A DNA stretch of 64,000 nt. Source: a virus. Taxonomy: Duplodnaviria > Caudoviricetes. The translations under genes were made by a program, and so were the position numbers. Shown piece after piece: positions 19,313-29,833 of the stretch; position 1 is the first letter of the stretch; the number at the start of each line of letters is the position of its first letter. Location: positions 128,001-192,000 of the IMG/VR virus record IMGVR_UViG_3300012983_000001. The stretch is one strand, 5' to 3'. The notes under the pieces were generated by a model that saw only the letters and a program-made list of their open reading frames with translations, made no database searches and was not told the origin of the DNA.

Positions 19313-20125
19313 TTATACGTTTTTAATAACAGAATAAGCATCACCTGTATTCTGTACAGTGTAACCATCAGCAACATAGTTAACAGGGTTATTTTCTGTA
19401 CCGTTATCATCAGTAGTTGCACCAGAAGGGTCGAACTGATAGAAAGTACCACCCTTGACGGTGATGGTACCGCCAACAGTATTATTGACATTTAAAGTCC
19501 AGCGAGGAGTCTGGCAGGTAAAAGTACCGCCGTTGATAGTTGCAGAACCACCTTTGACGTAAATCAGGTCATAGTGGTCATGTTCACCTGCACCTACGTT
19601 GGTAAAATTACCACCATTGATGATAACATTACCGCCATTGACGAAAACACCGATACTCCAGTCATTATTACCAACGCTATTAACAATACTATTCTCGTCA
19701 CCATTGATGGTTAGAGTACCTGCGGTAACCCAGAATACACCGTTACCATCGGTATCTTCAGGCATTGCAATATTCATGCCGTTTAGGTCAATGGTCAAGT
19801 CTTTTGTAATCTCGATTGCAGTCTTTAAAGTAACATCGCTCAACAGAGTAATAGTCTGACCTTCAGTTGCAGCAGCAACTGCCCCTTCGAGAGTGGAATA
19901 AGATTGCTCACCAATCTTTACTTGGATTTCGCCAAGCTCAACTAAAGTATCTTCAATAGCCTGTTGAACTTCTGCATCTGTTACTAAAGCCTCACCACTA
20001 ATTTGCCTACCATTAAAGAGCAGTATACCATCTTCGCTTTCGCTTAACTTATCCAAGACAGCTTTGTTAGGAAAATATCCCTGAAGTACGCCTACAATGT
20101 ATGTTTGTAATTGATTTAATGTCAT
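19313..20125 (-). CDS. Fibre-tip/adhesin-like protein with beta-helix repeats
   Basis: YSTLEGAVAAA..TITLLSDV and repeated xINGGxF units; N-terminal NKAVLDKLS fibre module. Confidence 0.6.
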   Translation of the reverse strand: MTLNQLQTYIVGVLQGYFPNKAVLDKLSESEDGILLFNGRQISGEALVTDAEVQQAIEDTLVELGEIQVKIGEQSYSTLEGAVAAATEGQTITLLSDVTLKTAIEITKDLTIDLNGMNIAMPEDTDGNGVFWVTAGTLTINGDENSIVNSVGNNDWSIGVFVNGGNVIINGGNFTNVGAGEHDHYDLIYVKGGSATINGGTFTCQTPRWTLNVNNTVGGTITVKGGTFYQFDPSGATTDDNGTENNPVNYVADGYTVQNTGDAYSVIKNV

Positions 20126-20128
20126 GGT

Positions 20129-20770
20129 TTATCCCTCCTTTTTTAATAAAATGTTTAAGGTATCAGTAATTGCTTGTTGTATTTCTATATCTGTAACTAC
20201 AGGAAATACAGGAATTCCTTTATAGTTTAACAGCCCATCTGTATCAGATAAGTCATTGAGTACTAATAAATTTTCATGTTCATGACTATCTGTTTTAAGT
20301 AAATAGTCCTTAAGTAATTCTTCAACTTCGGTCTTTAGTATGTATTGTTCAAGATTTACTCTTGTGTTGCCGATAAGTTCCCATTGACCATCAAGATACA
20401 TGTATTCTTCATAGTAATTCTTATCTATTGGGTCAACTGCAAGAAAATATATACATGCTGTTTTGATATCTTCAGTAGGCAATTCAGTGACTTTAATAAT
20501 TTGCAATGAAGTAGATGCATTAAATAACTCTTTTGCATATTGCTTAGCATTATCTAGTATAGCGTTCCATGTATCTTTGTCTTCTTGAGTAACGTGAATT
20601 ACAAGATTACTAGTATGGTCATTTAAGTTGTTACCGCCAGTACTTTCTATCAAGGCCTTCACTTCATCTATTTTACCAAGCAGAATAAGATTATTTAGAT
20701 ACAATGCATCCTTAAGGTTTTGCAGGGTCACTTGTATCACCTCCCGTATTGTCTTCATCGCCTCCGTCAT
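20129..20770 (-). CDS. Tail fibre module protein
   Basis: IHVTQEDKDTWN, VTELPT..Y.EYMYLDGQWELIG and HEHEN..LNDLS modules. Confidence 0.6.
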   Translation of the reverse strand: MTEAMKTIREVIQVTLQNLKDALYLNNLILLGKIDEVKALIESTGGNNLNDHTSNLVIHVTQEDKDTWNAILDNAKQYAKELFNASTSLQIIKVTELPTEDIKTACIYFLAVDPIDKNYYEEYMYLDGQWELIGNTRVNLEQYILKTEVEELLKDYLLKTDSHEHENLLVLNDLSDTDGLLNYKGIPVFPVVTDIEIQQAITDTLNILLKKEG

Positions 20771-21122
20771 ACTCAGGGTCTATTTCTAACCACAATTCGT
20801 GTATCATTACAGTAATCTGAGTTTTCGTGTATTCCTGAGAAACAGTTACGTCATTAAATACCAAAACATTGTTGATATAGTCGAACTTTGAAAGCAAATC
20901 ATATTGTTTTTGACTTAACATCGTTACGTTACTTACATATAAGCCATCTGTTTCTAAGGTTACAGCGTTATTGTCTTTCTTCGATACGGAAGGAAATACA
21001 GGGGTGTCCTTATAATATAATATACCGCCAACATCAGAAAGCTTGTCTATTACATCAAAGTTTTCATGAAAATGTAGCTGTATTAAACTTCCTGGGCTGT
21101 TATTATTCATTACTATCGTCAC
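20712..21122 (-). CDS. Tail fibre module protein
   Basis: HFHEN..IDKLS and NAVTLETDGLYV modules. Confidence 0.55.
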   Translation of the reverse strand: MTIVMNNNSPGSLIQLHFHENFDVIDKLSDVGGILYYKDTPVFPSVSKKDNNAVTLETDGLYVSNVTMLSQKQYDLLSKFDYINNVLVFNDVTVSQEYTKTQITVMIHELWLEIDPEYDGGDEDNTGGDTSDPAKP

Positions 21123-22299
21123 CCTTCCTTATTCCTGTAATTCGATAGACACACACGTTATGATAGTAGTTTATCCATATCTTGTTTTCGTGCATCCTAA
21201 TCTTTGAATTAGATACGAGAATACCATATCCGTATTCTAACATGTAGTCTATGCCTTTCTCGTAAAGAAGATTGAGTACATCAGTATCAATGACTGCTGT
21301 TTTTGCACACCCTGGCGTATCTTGAGGGTCATTTGGTTTATAGTAATATTCTACCAGAAGTATGTTGTAATTGTCTATAAAATCTTTTAATTCATACACG
21401 CCTGAATCAGTTAACTCGTAATCTAAAAGATTTATCTTTGCAAATGCCGATGATATCTGCATTGTTTTGATTTCGTCTGTATAGTCACGCACATAAAGCT
21501 GGCCGTTAATCAATTGTGCTGCGTTTTTGTCTTGACTAGACACTCCAATGTCATGAATATTAGCGCCGTCATAAAGCAATTCACCATTTTCATTTTCAGT
21601 AAACTTATCAATAACAGATTGGTTATCATGAACATGGCTATTATCTATAGCATCTTGCGCATCTGTTTTAAGTACATAATGATTTAATATGGTATTGGTA
21701 ACGCCAAGCTTAATCCATTGTCCCATGATATACATGTTCATAGTACATGGACAACCTTCAGGACACTCTGGGTCATTATCAAGTAAGTATATAGTTGTTT
21801 CAGAAATATCATCTTCTTCAGGTAATGTAGACACAGGACGTATTTCCAGAATTTTTAACTTCTGAATTTCATCTAATGTAAACACTTTGGCATCTGCCAG
21901 CATTTGATTCCACGTATCTTTATCTAATTGTGTTACATGAATTTCATTATCATTTGTATGGTCTGTATGCTGCTGAATTTCTGTTGAGTAATCTGTGACA
22001 AATATACCATCAGGTAATTGTTGTATTGCATTATCTGCTTGTGCAGACACACGACATAAGAGATGTGTATCATAATAGATATTACCTTGGTCATCAGCAG
22101 TAATTTTGTTCAAGATTGCCTTAATGGTAGCATCAACATGTACGTCTGTATTATTCATGTGCGCATTCAAGTCATTGGTGTAATCTTTTACATATAAACC
22201 ATCACTAAGCATCTGGAAGGCATTATCAGCTTGTGCAGACAATCTGAAGATACCATTCAGTATGTAGATTAAATCGTCTTTCGTTAACGCTTTCTGCAT
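21103..22299 (-). CDS. Tail fibre protein with His-containing repeats
   Basis: Repeated SAQADNA...DG(L/I)(Y/F)V.DY and H..N..(V/I)HV units. Start at MQKALT (SD AGGAGG). Confidence 0.6.
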   Translation of the reverse strand: MQKALTKDDLIYILNGIFRLSAQADNAFQMLSDGLYVKDYTNDLNAHMNNTDVHVDATIKAILNKITADDQGNIYYDTHLLCRVSAQADNAIQQLPDGIFVTDYSTEIQQHTDHTNDNEIHVTQLDKDTWNQMLADAKVFTLDEIQKLKILEIRPVSTLPEEDDISETTIYLLDNDPECPEGCPCTMNMYIMGQWIKLGVTNTILNHYVLKTDAQDAIDNSHVHDNQSVIDKFTENENGELLYDGANIHDIGVSSQDKNAAQLINGQLYVRDYTDEIKTMQISSAFAKINLLDYELTDSGVYELKDFIDNYNILLVEYYYKPNDPQDTPGCAKTAVIDTDVLNLLYEKGIDYMLEYGYGILVSNSKIRMHENKIWINYYHNVCVYRITGIRKGDDSNE

Positions 22300-22310
22300 A
22301 TCACTTCCTC

Positions 22311-22832
22311 CTACCAAATGTTTTGTATAATCTCATCAAGCTCTTCCTGTGTATATGGCTGAAAATCAGTTTGTGTAGACTCTTCTTCTTGCTTCAAACG
22401 ATAACCACGCTGTATGTCGACACGTAATCCGTCTGGCATTTGTACTGCAATCTGTTTGTGTATCATATTTGGAGCCATACTAACTAATTTACCTGGTATA
22501 AGCTCAGACAAATATAATGGCGTATCGACATCGAATTTAAGCCTATCAGTTAATATATATCCTGAAGTGATAAACTTACAAGTGTGATTATCAATAACAG
22601 ATGATATTACTCCGCAGACTTCTGATTCCATGGTGTTAATTGCCAGAGCTTTCTCAAAAGTTTGCTTTTGTATATTATAATATATCACATCGCCAACTTG
22701 AAATCCATGGTTTTCTTGTTGAATTGTAACATCTTTATCTATATGCTCATACACTCCAAGGAATTCCAAATCATGAATGTCGTGACCATAAGGCACTTCT
22801 AATATCAATGAATTATTCTTTGTTTTTACCAT
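22311..22832 (-). CDS. Fibre-associated protein with cement-like (DUF2190-like) domain
   Basis: QENHGFQVGDVIYY..KALA..GVIS..LYLS..PG domain shared with the 476- and 627-aa neighbours. Confidence 0.55.
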   Translation of the reverse strand: MVKTKNNSLILEVPYGHDIHDLEFLGVYEHIDKDVTIQQENHGFQVGDVIYYNIQKQTFEKALAINTMESEVCGVISSVIDNHTCKFITSGYILTDRLKFDVDTPLYLSELIPGKLVSMAPNMIHKQIAVQMPDGLRVDIQRGYRLKQEEESTQTDFQPYTQEELDEIIQNIW

Positions 22833-24262
22833 TACATCACCCCAGTCACTGTTTGTGCAATAATATCATCAAGCTCTTGCTTTGTGTATTTCTCAAAGTC
22901 ATCTTGATATGTCGAGTACGGTGCCAATTTAGAACCAGTAGAACCTTGCTCAATTCTAATAAGAATTCTGTTGTTGGTATAAACAGCCACTGGTACATAT
23001 ACCATTGAAGTAATCTCTTGATATTGAACTAAAGCTCCAGGAGTAGTATCTGATAAGTATAATATTGTTGTATCTTTACAGTCTAATGTGGTCCATGGTA
23101 TTGCGCCTGTAGTTACAAGAGTAAAAGTGTCTTTATCATATACATCAGCTATAATACCAACTGGTGGGTTGAAATCCGTAACAATAGCAATCGCTCTTTC
23201 ATACTTGCCATCGGACGTTAAACAGACAACATCATGTTTGTGCAATCCGTGATTTTCTTGTACTACATCTTCTGGCGTCAGTAATTTATCGGGCGTAACA
23301 TTTAAGTAATCAAAACGAAATACCGTTCGTCCAAATATATCTCTGTCTATATTAGTATTCTTTTTGTTTTCCTGAAAGACAGCTTCAATTGTTATATCAT
23401 AACCAGGAGAAGTAATATTTAGCACTTCGTTATATGCTTGATATTGTAAATCGTAATCTTGACATGCCCACTCTTGAAATAATTTCAATGCGTTGTATGG
23501 TTTCTGTAATTCGATTCTAACAGGATATCGTGTACATGCACGATATAACTGTGTATCAAACGAATTCTTTACAGTGATTTCGTATACATCACTAATACGT
23601 TCAATAGTAGCATAGCCATCAATACGGTCTGTATCACTGCCTTCTTGTGTAAATGCATCGTATAGACACGGATTACAGAATCCAGAACCACCACCTGCAT
23701 TAAATGAAGTGGAATCCGAACTGTATCCACCATACCATCCGCCACCGCCAGCAGGCTTATTATCAACACCATTTTGTCCTTGACCAAAAGCATATCCTTT
23801 GGATTGAGTTGCTCTTCTGTTACCGCGTCGCTCTGGTCCAGCCTCTAATCCGCCACCATGACCATAGTTTTCTGGATTTGTTTTTCCTGCACCACCGCCA
23901 CCACCTGCAACTAAAAGAACATCAAGTTCATGTTCAGAATATCCTGACAATGTACCATGATTACTAATGGCAATATGTGTAGCTCCACCACCACCATTAT
24001 TATTTGGACTACTTCCACCACCATTATATCCATTGGTAGGGTCTGACGATGGACCGCCAGCCTTACCAACGCATACATATAACGTGACATTATGCTGAGC
24101 TAAATAAAATCCTTCGCTATAACCACCATTGGACCGAGAATATGGATTATTGCCATTATTCGTACCGCCTTTGGCTCCATAGCAAGTTATTTTATATAAC
24201 CCAGCAGTTAAATGGATTTCTTGTACTTGATTCATATAATTGAACTCATACATGAATATCAC
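22832..24262 (-). CDS. Glycine-rich receptor-binding-like protein with C-terminal cement-like domain
   Basis: YGAKGG, GYNGGG, GGGGATHI, VAGGGGG, GGGGWYGG, GGGSGF Gly-rich domain motifs. Confidence 0.7.
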   Translation of the reverse strand: MIFMYEFNYMNQVQEIHLTAGLYKITCYGAKGGTNNGNNPYSRSNGGYSEGFYLAQHNVTLYVCVGKAGGPSSDPTNGYNGGGSSPNNNGGGGATHIAISNHGTLSGYSEHELDVLLVAGGGGGAGKTNPENYGHGGGLEAGPERRGNRRATQSKGYAFGQGQNGVDNKPAGGGGWYGGYSSDSTSFNAGGGSGFCNPCLYDAFTQEGSDTDRIDGYATIERISDVYEITVKNSFDTQLYRACTRYPVRIELQKPYNALKLFQEWACQDYDLQYQAYNEVLNITSPGYDITIEAVFQENKKNTNIDRDIFGRTVFRFDYLNVTPDKLLTPEDVVQENHGLHKHDVVCLTSDGKYERAIAIVTDFNPPVGIIADVYDKDTFTLVTTGAIPWTTLDCKDTTILYLSDTTPGALVQYQEITSMVYVPVAVYTNNRILIRIEQGSTGSKLAPYSTYQDDFEKYTKQELDDIIAQTVTGVM

Positions 24263-25537
24263 CTACAGTTTTAATAAGAATGAAAAGTCATAATAAAGCT
24301 GCCAATATGTTGTGTTATATGCTAAATTAGACCAGTTAGCAATGGTATCTCTCATATAGCTACCCATGCACCAATATTGCTCTCCATTGATTTCATAGTT
24401 AGCGTTCCATTTTTGCAATCCAGACGGTGCGTAATATACATTATCAAAATCAATAAAACCATTGATACATATTGGTTTGGTTAACAGAGTGTTATCTGAC
24501 CTTGCAAGACTATATAAACCAAAGCAATATGGCTTTGTTGTAGCGTATAGATTAGAAAATAAACAATATGGGTTGATATTTATAGCACCTGTAATGTCTT
24601 TACCACCAGGATAAAATAAATCATATAGTGGCTCAATATGGTGACCAAAATAAGTAAATGCATTTAAGTTCGGCCACTGGCTTGCCTCGTTTGTATGGGA
24701 TTTTTCTCCTTCATTTAAGTTTCCGTTTACTACATGTGTAATAGCATCTAAAGAAATAGTATTAAAATTATACCATCTTGAATTTACTGCACCACCTAAT
24801 GTCGTAAAAACAACGTTTTTTTGATTGATATCTTGTCCTTGCATAACAAATAATAATGGTATTTCATTACCATTCCAGTTTTCATAGCTAATGTGTAAGA
24901 AATTTGTATTGTATCGTATTTTAATAGTATAAATGTATTGTAATTTATTTTGTGTTGTAATAGAAGAATATGCGCCCTTACTAAAACTACGTATGGAACT
25001 CATTTTAGAAGTAGTATTTGATTGTATATTTGTTTGATTATTGTAACCATAACTAGGACTACTCCACATCGTAATGTGCATACTAATACTACGATTACAG
25101 CTCCATCCTGGTGTAACAATTTTACCTTTACGATACACTACAGGAATCGACAGGCCACATTGAATATTAGTCGATGCTCCTGATGCTGCATTATCAAATA
25201 AGTTTAATGCTCTTATGTAAAAAGTAGTATCAAAAATTGTAAATGAAAAATTACTATCTTCAAATTGAATAGATAAAATTTTATCATCTAAGGCGCTAAG
25301 TATTTGCTTAAGGTCTTGATAAAATATACTAGTACCTTCTGTATGCAAAAAGATGTTTGTAAATGTACCCCAACCGCTAGTGTTTACATATCCTGCTACA
25401 TGCGTAATTTTAGCAATACTTTTTAATGTACCTGTATTGTCTTCTACTGCATACTCAGGATAATTCAGGACACTGGGAGTATCCAATAATGTATAACTAT
25501 CTGCTGTATGGTTATAAGTTTTTTGAATAAATGGCAT
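24263..25537 (-). CDS. Hypothetical protein in the fibre cluster (Asn/Tyr-rich)
   Basis: 424-aa ORF; no motif recognised. Confidence 0.5.
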   Translation of the reverse strand: MPFIQKTYNHTADSYTLLDTPSVLNYPEYAVEDNTGTLKSIAKITHVAGYVNTSGWGTFTNIFLHTEGTSIFYQDLKQILSALDDKILSIQFEDSNFSFTIFDTTFYIRALNLFDNAASGASTNIQCGLSIPVVYRKGKIVTPGWSCNRSISMHITMWSSPSYGYNNQTNIQSNTTSKMSSIRSFSKGAYSSITTQNKLQYIYTIKIRYNTNFLHISYENWNGNEIPLLFVMQGQDINQKNVVFTTLGGAVNSRWYNFNTISLDAITHVVNGNLNEGEKSHTNEASQWPNLNAFTYFGHHIEPLYDLFYPGGKDITGAININPYCLFSNLYATTKPYCFGLYSLARSDNTLLTKPICINGFIDFDNVYYAPSGLQKWNANYEINGEQYWCMGSYMRDTIANWSNLAYNTTYWQLYYDFSFLLKL

Positions 25538-25540
25538 CTC

Positions 25541-25918
25541 TTATTCCTCCTCTACTAATGTAATGGTATTACCTTTAGAGAAGACATGGTTAATATCCAC
25601 ATCAAACTCATCGCCTTTATATAATGTAATTGGTTCACGATGATACTCATCATTGATTGGTACAAATGTAAGTTTTCCCATATAGTTAAATACATGATGA
25701 GGGTCAACAGCAAATTGTTTAGTACTAATGATTTCTTCTATCGTTGTATCTGATATACTACCAGAAATTGCACCACCTTCGGTCCTGAGGCGACGAATTA
25801 ATGCACCATAATCTCTTAGAACGTATTTTGACATTACAAAACCTTTTTCGTCTAACGCATCTTCAATGTCTTGAACAGAAGTTAATGCAGCTAAGACTTT
25901 CTTTGGTAATGGCATCAT
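25541..25918 (-). CDS. Hypothetical fibre-associated protein
   Basis: DIEDALDEKG...LRDYGALIRRL helix motif, as seen in fibre-associated proteins. Confidence 0.45.
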   Translation of the reverse strand: MMPLPKKVLAALTSVQDIEDALDEKGFVMSKYVLRDYGALIRRLRTEGGAISGSISDTTIEEIISTKQFAVDPHHVFNYMGKLTFVPINDEYHREPITLYKGDEFDVDINHVFSKGNTITLVEEE

Positions 25919-27801
25919 TATTCAATCACCTCACGATTCAATATATCAAATACTCTGGATAATTCAGAAATTTCTTGTCGTAACAGAGCATTTTGTGCTT
26001 TCAGTTCTTCGAAGGAACCTGTACCAGATGCATCAATATCAAAGGCACGTATAAAGAGATTTAATCCCTCAGGAACATGTTTCTGTGCATATAACGTTGC
26101 TGTATTGATAAACTGCACTACATTATCTGTTACTAATATATGTTGTGCCTTGAATTCATCTGATAAGATAGCCAGTAAGTCTTCTACAAAGGTTAATTTA
26201 TAATCTATGCCTTCTGCAATGCGGATATAACCATCAGAACGTACATTATAAGCGTTGGCTGATATCTTAAAGTCACCAAGAGCAATGCTACGATTGTATT
26301 CAACACCTCGTTCGATACTAATGATAAGACCAAGATTTTCCACAGGATACCCTACTGCCTTAGACATATCAGGTTGTATTTGTACTACTCCGCCTGGAGT
26401 TGTTTCTGCTAAATACAAAGGCATACCTTGTGTATAGCCATTGGCTTCAGTAAAAATATCAGTTGCAAAGAATCCTGTCCACCTGTATTCGAATGTATCG
26501 GTATCAAATACTCTTGATACAATACCAATAACATTAATGCTTAAGTCATCTATTGCCAACGCTTTTTGATAACCTTTATCATGATGGTAGTAAATAAACT
26601 CTCCGACGCTAAGACCGTGTTGTGCTTGTGTTACGATATGTGCATTACCACGGTCTGTAATGTAATAACCATCTGGTAGCTTTTCTAAATAATTACCAGC
26701 TTCTGCTGATATATTAAATTGCTCGCTCCAATAACCATCTGGCTTCAATACAATACCATTGTTTTCTTCTTGAGACAGTGGTACTTCTACAAATTGACCA
26801 TCGTAATATATTTGATTATCTGCAATACTTAGTTTGTCCAAGAAGTCCTTGTTAGCATGACTATGAGCACTAACAAGTTTCTGACGTAAATTCGCTTCTA
26901 AGTCACGTTCTTCAATGGTAACTTCGTGATGGTCACACACAATCGGAGTAACAGTCATTGTGGGAGCTCCATTACCTTTAATGATTGCATAGCACGGTTC
27001 GCCAAAATAAGTCTGGAAGTCTGTCATTTTTGGACAGGTAATGGCAAAATGCTCATATCTACCACCATCAGTACCGCCATACCAGGTTTGTACTTTAGCA
27101 ATTTTACCTGCAATTTTCTGACCTGTGTTAAGAAATACTGTTTCAGTATTAAACATTGATGTCCATGAACCGCCACCACTAGTTTGAGAACCAATTTTAA
27201 TATAAGCAACACGCTTACCGCTTTTTGTGTAGATATCGCATAGAACATTAGCTTCTCCAGTATAAGTACCAGCTTTTTGCCATCCAGTGCCATTACCACC
27301 AGTGGTCCATCCAGCCGTAGCACTAAAGGCATACATACCACTGATATCATACTTATAGAAATAGCTTCTAATGGTTTCTATAGCCCCTAATGTTTTATTT
27401 GCCTGTAATACAGCAGGAACGAATCTGAAATCAATGGCATCAGCTAAATGAGCAATAGCAGCGTATTTGTTATCTGCTTGTTTCCATGTAGGATAATCAA
27501 GTAATACTTCTGTCAATTCTTCTTTGGTAAAGTATGTATCTATAACCGCAACCATATCTAAGACTTCTTGTATTCTCTTATTGGTTTCGTCGACAAATGC
27601 AGTTAATAGCTTACTTAACTCATAATCTGTATCTTCCAATAAGTTTAATACTTCCTGAAGGCCAGTAATAGCGTAAATGGGATGCTGGTTCATTAGGTCT
27701 TTATTGATAAGTTCATCGTGGTCACTGGCCATGCCACCAGAGCCAGAGCCGCCAGAGCCAGGATTCATGCCATGATTATATCTGACTAATCTCACTCCCA
27801 T
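25918..27801 (-). CDS. Tail fibre protein
   Basis: HDELINKD..QHPIYAITGL, HSHANKDFLDKLS, NGIVLKPDGY modules and cement-like domain. Confidence 0.7.
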   Translation of the reverse strand: MGVRLVRYNHGMNPGSGGSGSGGMASDHDELINKDLMNQHPIYAITGLQEVLNLLEDTDYELSKLLTAFVDETNKRIQEVLDMVAVIDTYFTKEELTEVLLDYPTWKQADNKYAAIAHLADAIDFRFVPAVLQANKTLGAIETIRSYFYKYDISGMYAFSATAGWTTGGNGTGWQKAGTYTGEANVLCDIYTKSGKRVAYIKIGSQTSGGGSWTSMFNTETVFLNTGQKIAGKIAKVQTWYGGTDGGRYEHFAITCPKMTDFQTYFGEPCYAIIKGNGAPTMTVTPIVCDHHEVTIEERDLEANLRQKLVSAHSHANKDFLDKLSIADNQIYYDGQFVEVPLSQEENNGIVLKPDGYWSEQFNISAEAGNYLEKLPDGYYITDRGNAHIVTQAQHGLSVGEFIYYHHDKGYQKALAIDDLSINVIGIVSRVFDTDTFEYRWTGFFATDIFTEANGYTQGMPLYLAETTPGGVVQIQPDMSKAVGYPVENLGLIISIERGVEYNRSIALGDFKISANAYNVRSDGYIRIAEGIDYKLTFVEDLLAILSDEFKAQHILVTDNVVQFINTATLYAQKHVPEGLNLFIRAFDIDASGTGSFEELKAQNALLRQEISELSRVFDILNREVIE

Positions 27802-27817
27802 AACTATTTCTCACCTT

Positions 27818-29122
27818 CTATTCTATAATAATTTTAAACCTGTAATCGTTTGCAGTCATATAAAAATCTTGTATTGGCTTATCTGTTAGCTTGATAAATA
27901 TACTACGCCCTTCTGATGGTTCAATGGCGTCTATTACCACTTCTTTATCGTAGACAAGCTCATCTTCTTTTCTCTCTTCGTTATATAAGGCAACAGAAAC
28001 TTCTTCTTCGCCTTCATAATATTCGGAATATTTAATGACCTTAATTTTAACATCATGAATAGTATATTCTTCCTTGTTGTAAACATCAAGTTGTATCTTG
28101 TAAGCACCACGATAGAATGTACCCAAATCGTACAATTCCAATGGACTTAACTCAGTATTGTCAATAAACAATCTGATGTCTCTTTCAAGAGTAAAACCAT
28201 CACCACCGTACACGGTAGTTCCAAGGTCATATACACCAATAGCATTGTCATACTGCCATCGAGGATAAATCCTCATTTTAGCATTTCTAATGGGTGCTGG
28301 TAACGTTGTTGTATTGATTAAACATCGTTTATTGGAACGGTTAATCATGTGCATATACTGAATACTATCAGTTCTCATTAACACAGCACCGTTCTCATCA
28401 AGAATTTCCATTTCATGCGTTCTGTCGATACCATCAAAAGTAATATACTTACTCTTGTATAATGCAAAAGATTTAAAATAGCAATGACTGTTCTTGAGAA
28501 CATTGGCATTTCTTGTACCATACACGAAAAAGCCAATTACTCCAGCATCATCAAATTTTACATTGCCAATATCAATCCATGTAATGCCATCCTGACTTGC
28601 GCTGAACATATACTTGTACTTAATTTTGGTAAACTTGATATATGGATATCTTACATCGACAAACTTAATATCAGGGTCCGTACTAATGTTTGTTGCATCT
28701 GGATTATCAGCAGTTATAGTGCCATCATCCATGCTCCAAAGCACATAACGCTCATCCAGAAGTTTGTCTACCATACCTTCTACATCAGCATATACATCTT
28801 CTGAATTTGTCATTGCCGAGTCTCCTGTGGCAATATATGATTGACATTCAGCGTATTCTTTAGTATTGGACATTATAAGTACTCCTGCAATGTCTTCCAT
28901 TGCCGCAGGGACATGGTCTAAATGAACAATGCAGGAATACTCATCTACACTTGGCTCAACTATGGTATATGTCGTGTATCGCCCATGATGCTTTATCTGT
29001 AGGCCATTATCTCCAAATGATAAGCAATTAGCGTCAGATGGAGATAATGTCCACAGTAACGTCTGTTCCGAGAAGTCGTCATAGAAAAACAGTCCATCAC
29101 TTGTTTTATTAAGTTTTGCCAT
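27818..29122 (-). CDS. Virion structural protein with ConA/lectin-like N-terminal domain
   Basis: FFYDDFS..W...AGVLI...SQDGITWIDIG pattern. Confidence 0.5.
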   Translation of the reverse strand: MAKLNKTSDGLFFYDDFSEQTLLWTLSPSDANCLSFGDNGLQIKHHGRYTTYTIVEPSVDEYSCIVHLDHVPAAMEDIAGVLIMSNTKEYAECQSYIATGDSAMTNSEDVYADVEGMVDKLLDERYVLWSMDDGTITADNPDATNISTDPDIKFVDVRYPYIKFTKIKYKYMFSASQDGITWIDIGNVKFDDAGVIGFFVYGTRNANVLKNSHCYFKSFALYKSKYITFDGIDRTHEMEILDENGAVLMRTDSIQYMHMINRSNKRCLINTTTLPAPIRNAKMRIYPRWQYDNAIGVYDLGTTVYGGDGFTLERDIRLFIDNTELSPLELYDLGTFYRGAYKIQLDVYNKEEYTIHDVKIKVIKYSEYYEGEEEVSVALYNEERKEDELVYDKEVVIDAIEPSEGRSIFIKLTDKPIQDFYMTANDYRFKIIIE

Positions 29123-29135
29123 AGTTAATCACCTA

Positions 29136-29822
29136 CTATACAATATCAATATACTGGTCAAGCGGAACTATCTTTCCGATTTTAACAGCATCCTTTCCAA
29201 GCAGATTTGCTAATTCCTTAGCTTTTGCCATTGCAGAATTTAACGATGCATGAGTAGAATACAAGAACCAAGGGTCCAGCTGAAGACGCTTCATTCTGTC
29301 ATAGTACAGATACGGAGTTTGTTTAGATTGATTTGCAGGGTCTCCATTACGGTCCACAATATCACTCTCGGCATAAGCCATACCGTCATAAATAAACACC
29401 ATATCATACTTAGGATTGTTTGCAGATGTTTCTTCCGTAATAATTTCATAGTTATCCAGGTCAATTTGTGCCTGTTTCTTTCGTAATATACCATTGACAT
29501 CGTTATAGAAAGAATTTTCTGGCTCAATGATACAGTTTTCAACAGACATTTTATCTTTACTAGTCTTATCTTGCATTTCTTCGTATCTTTGGCCGATATT
29601 ATAAACCTTCAGTTCTGGAACACTTAAGTTAATGACTTTGGTTTTACCGCTGACAATATCCGCTTTTAAAGCAAGATATTCAGCTTCGTTTGCAGCGTAA
29701 TCTGCCTCAAGTTTTGTTTTTTCTTCGGCACCAATCCATTCGATATTCGTATGGTTGGTCAATGCACGGTTAACGGTTTCATTAAGATATCTACAAAATA
29801 TCTGATATTGTGTAACAGCCAT
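29136..29822 (-). CDS. Hypothetical protein, paralogue of 29834-30823
   Basis: Shared N-terminus MAxTQYQIxCRYxNET and C-terminus LxPWF...VPxDQ. Confidence 0.7.
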   Translation of the reverse strand: MAVTQYQIFCRYLNETVNRALTNHTNIEWIGAEEKTKLEADYAANEAEYLALKADIVSGKTKVINLSVPELKVYNIGQRYEEMQDKTSKDKMSVENCIIEPENSFYNDVNGILRKKQAQIDLDNYEIITEETSANNPKYDMVFIYDGMAYAESDIVDRNGDPANQSKQTPYLYYDRMKRLQLDPWFLYSTHASLNSAMAKAKELANLLGKDAVKIGKIVPLDQYIDIV

Positions 29823-29833
29823 GTCATTACCTC

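Noticed and set aside
18441-27801. Diversity-generating retroelement or invertase shufflon acting on fibre genes
   Set aside because: No reverse transcriptase, recombinase or near-identical TR/VR DNA pair seen in this window; repeats are protein-level only.
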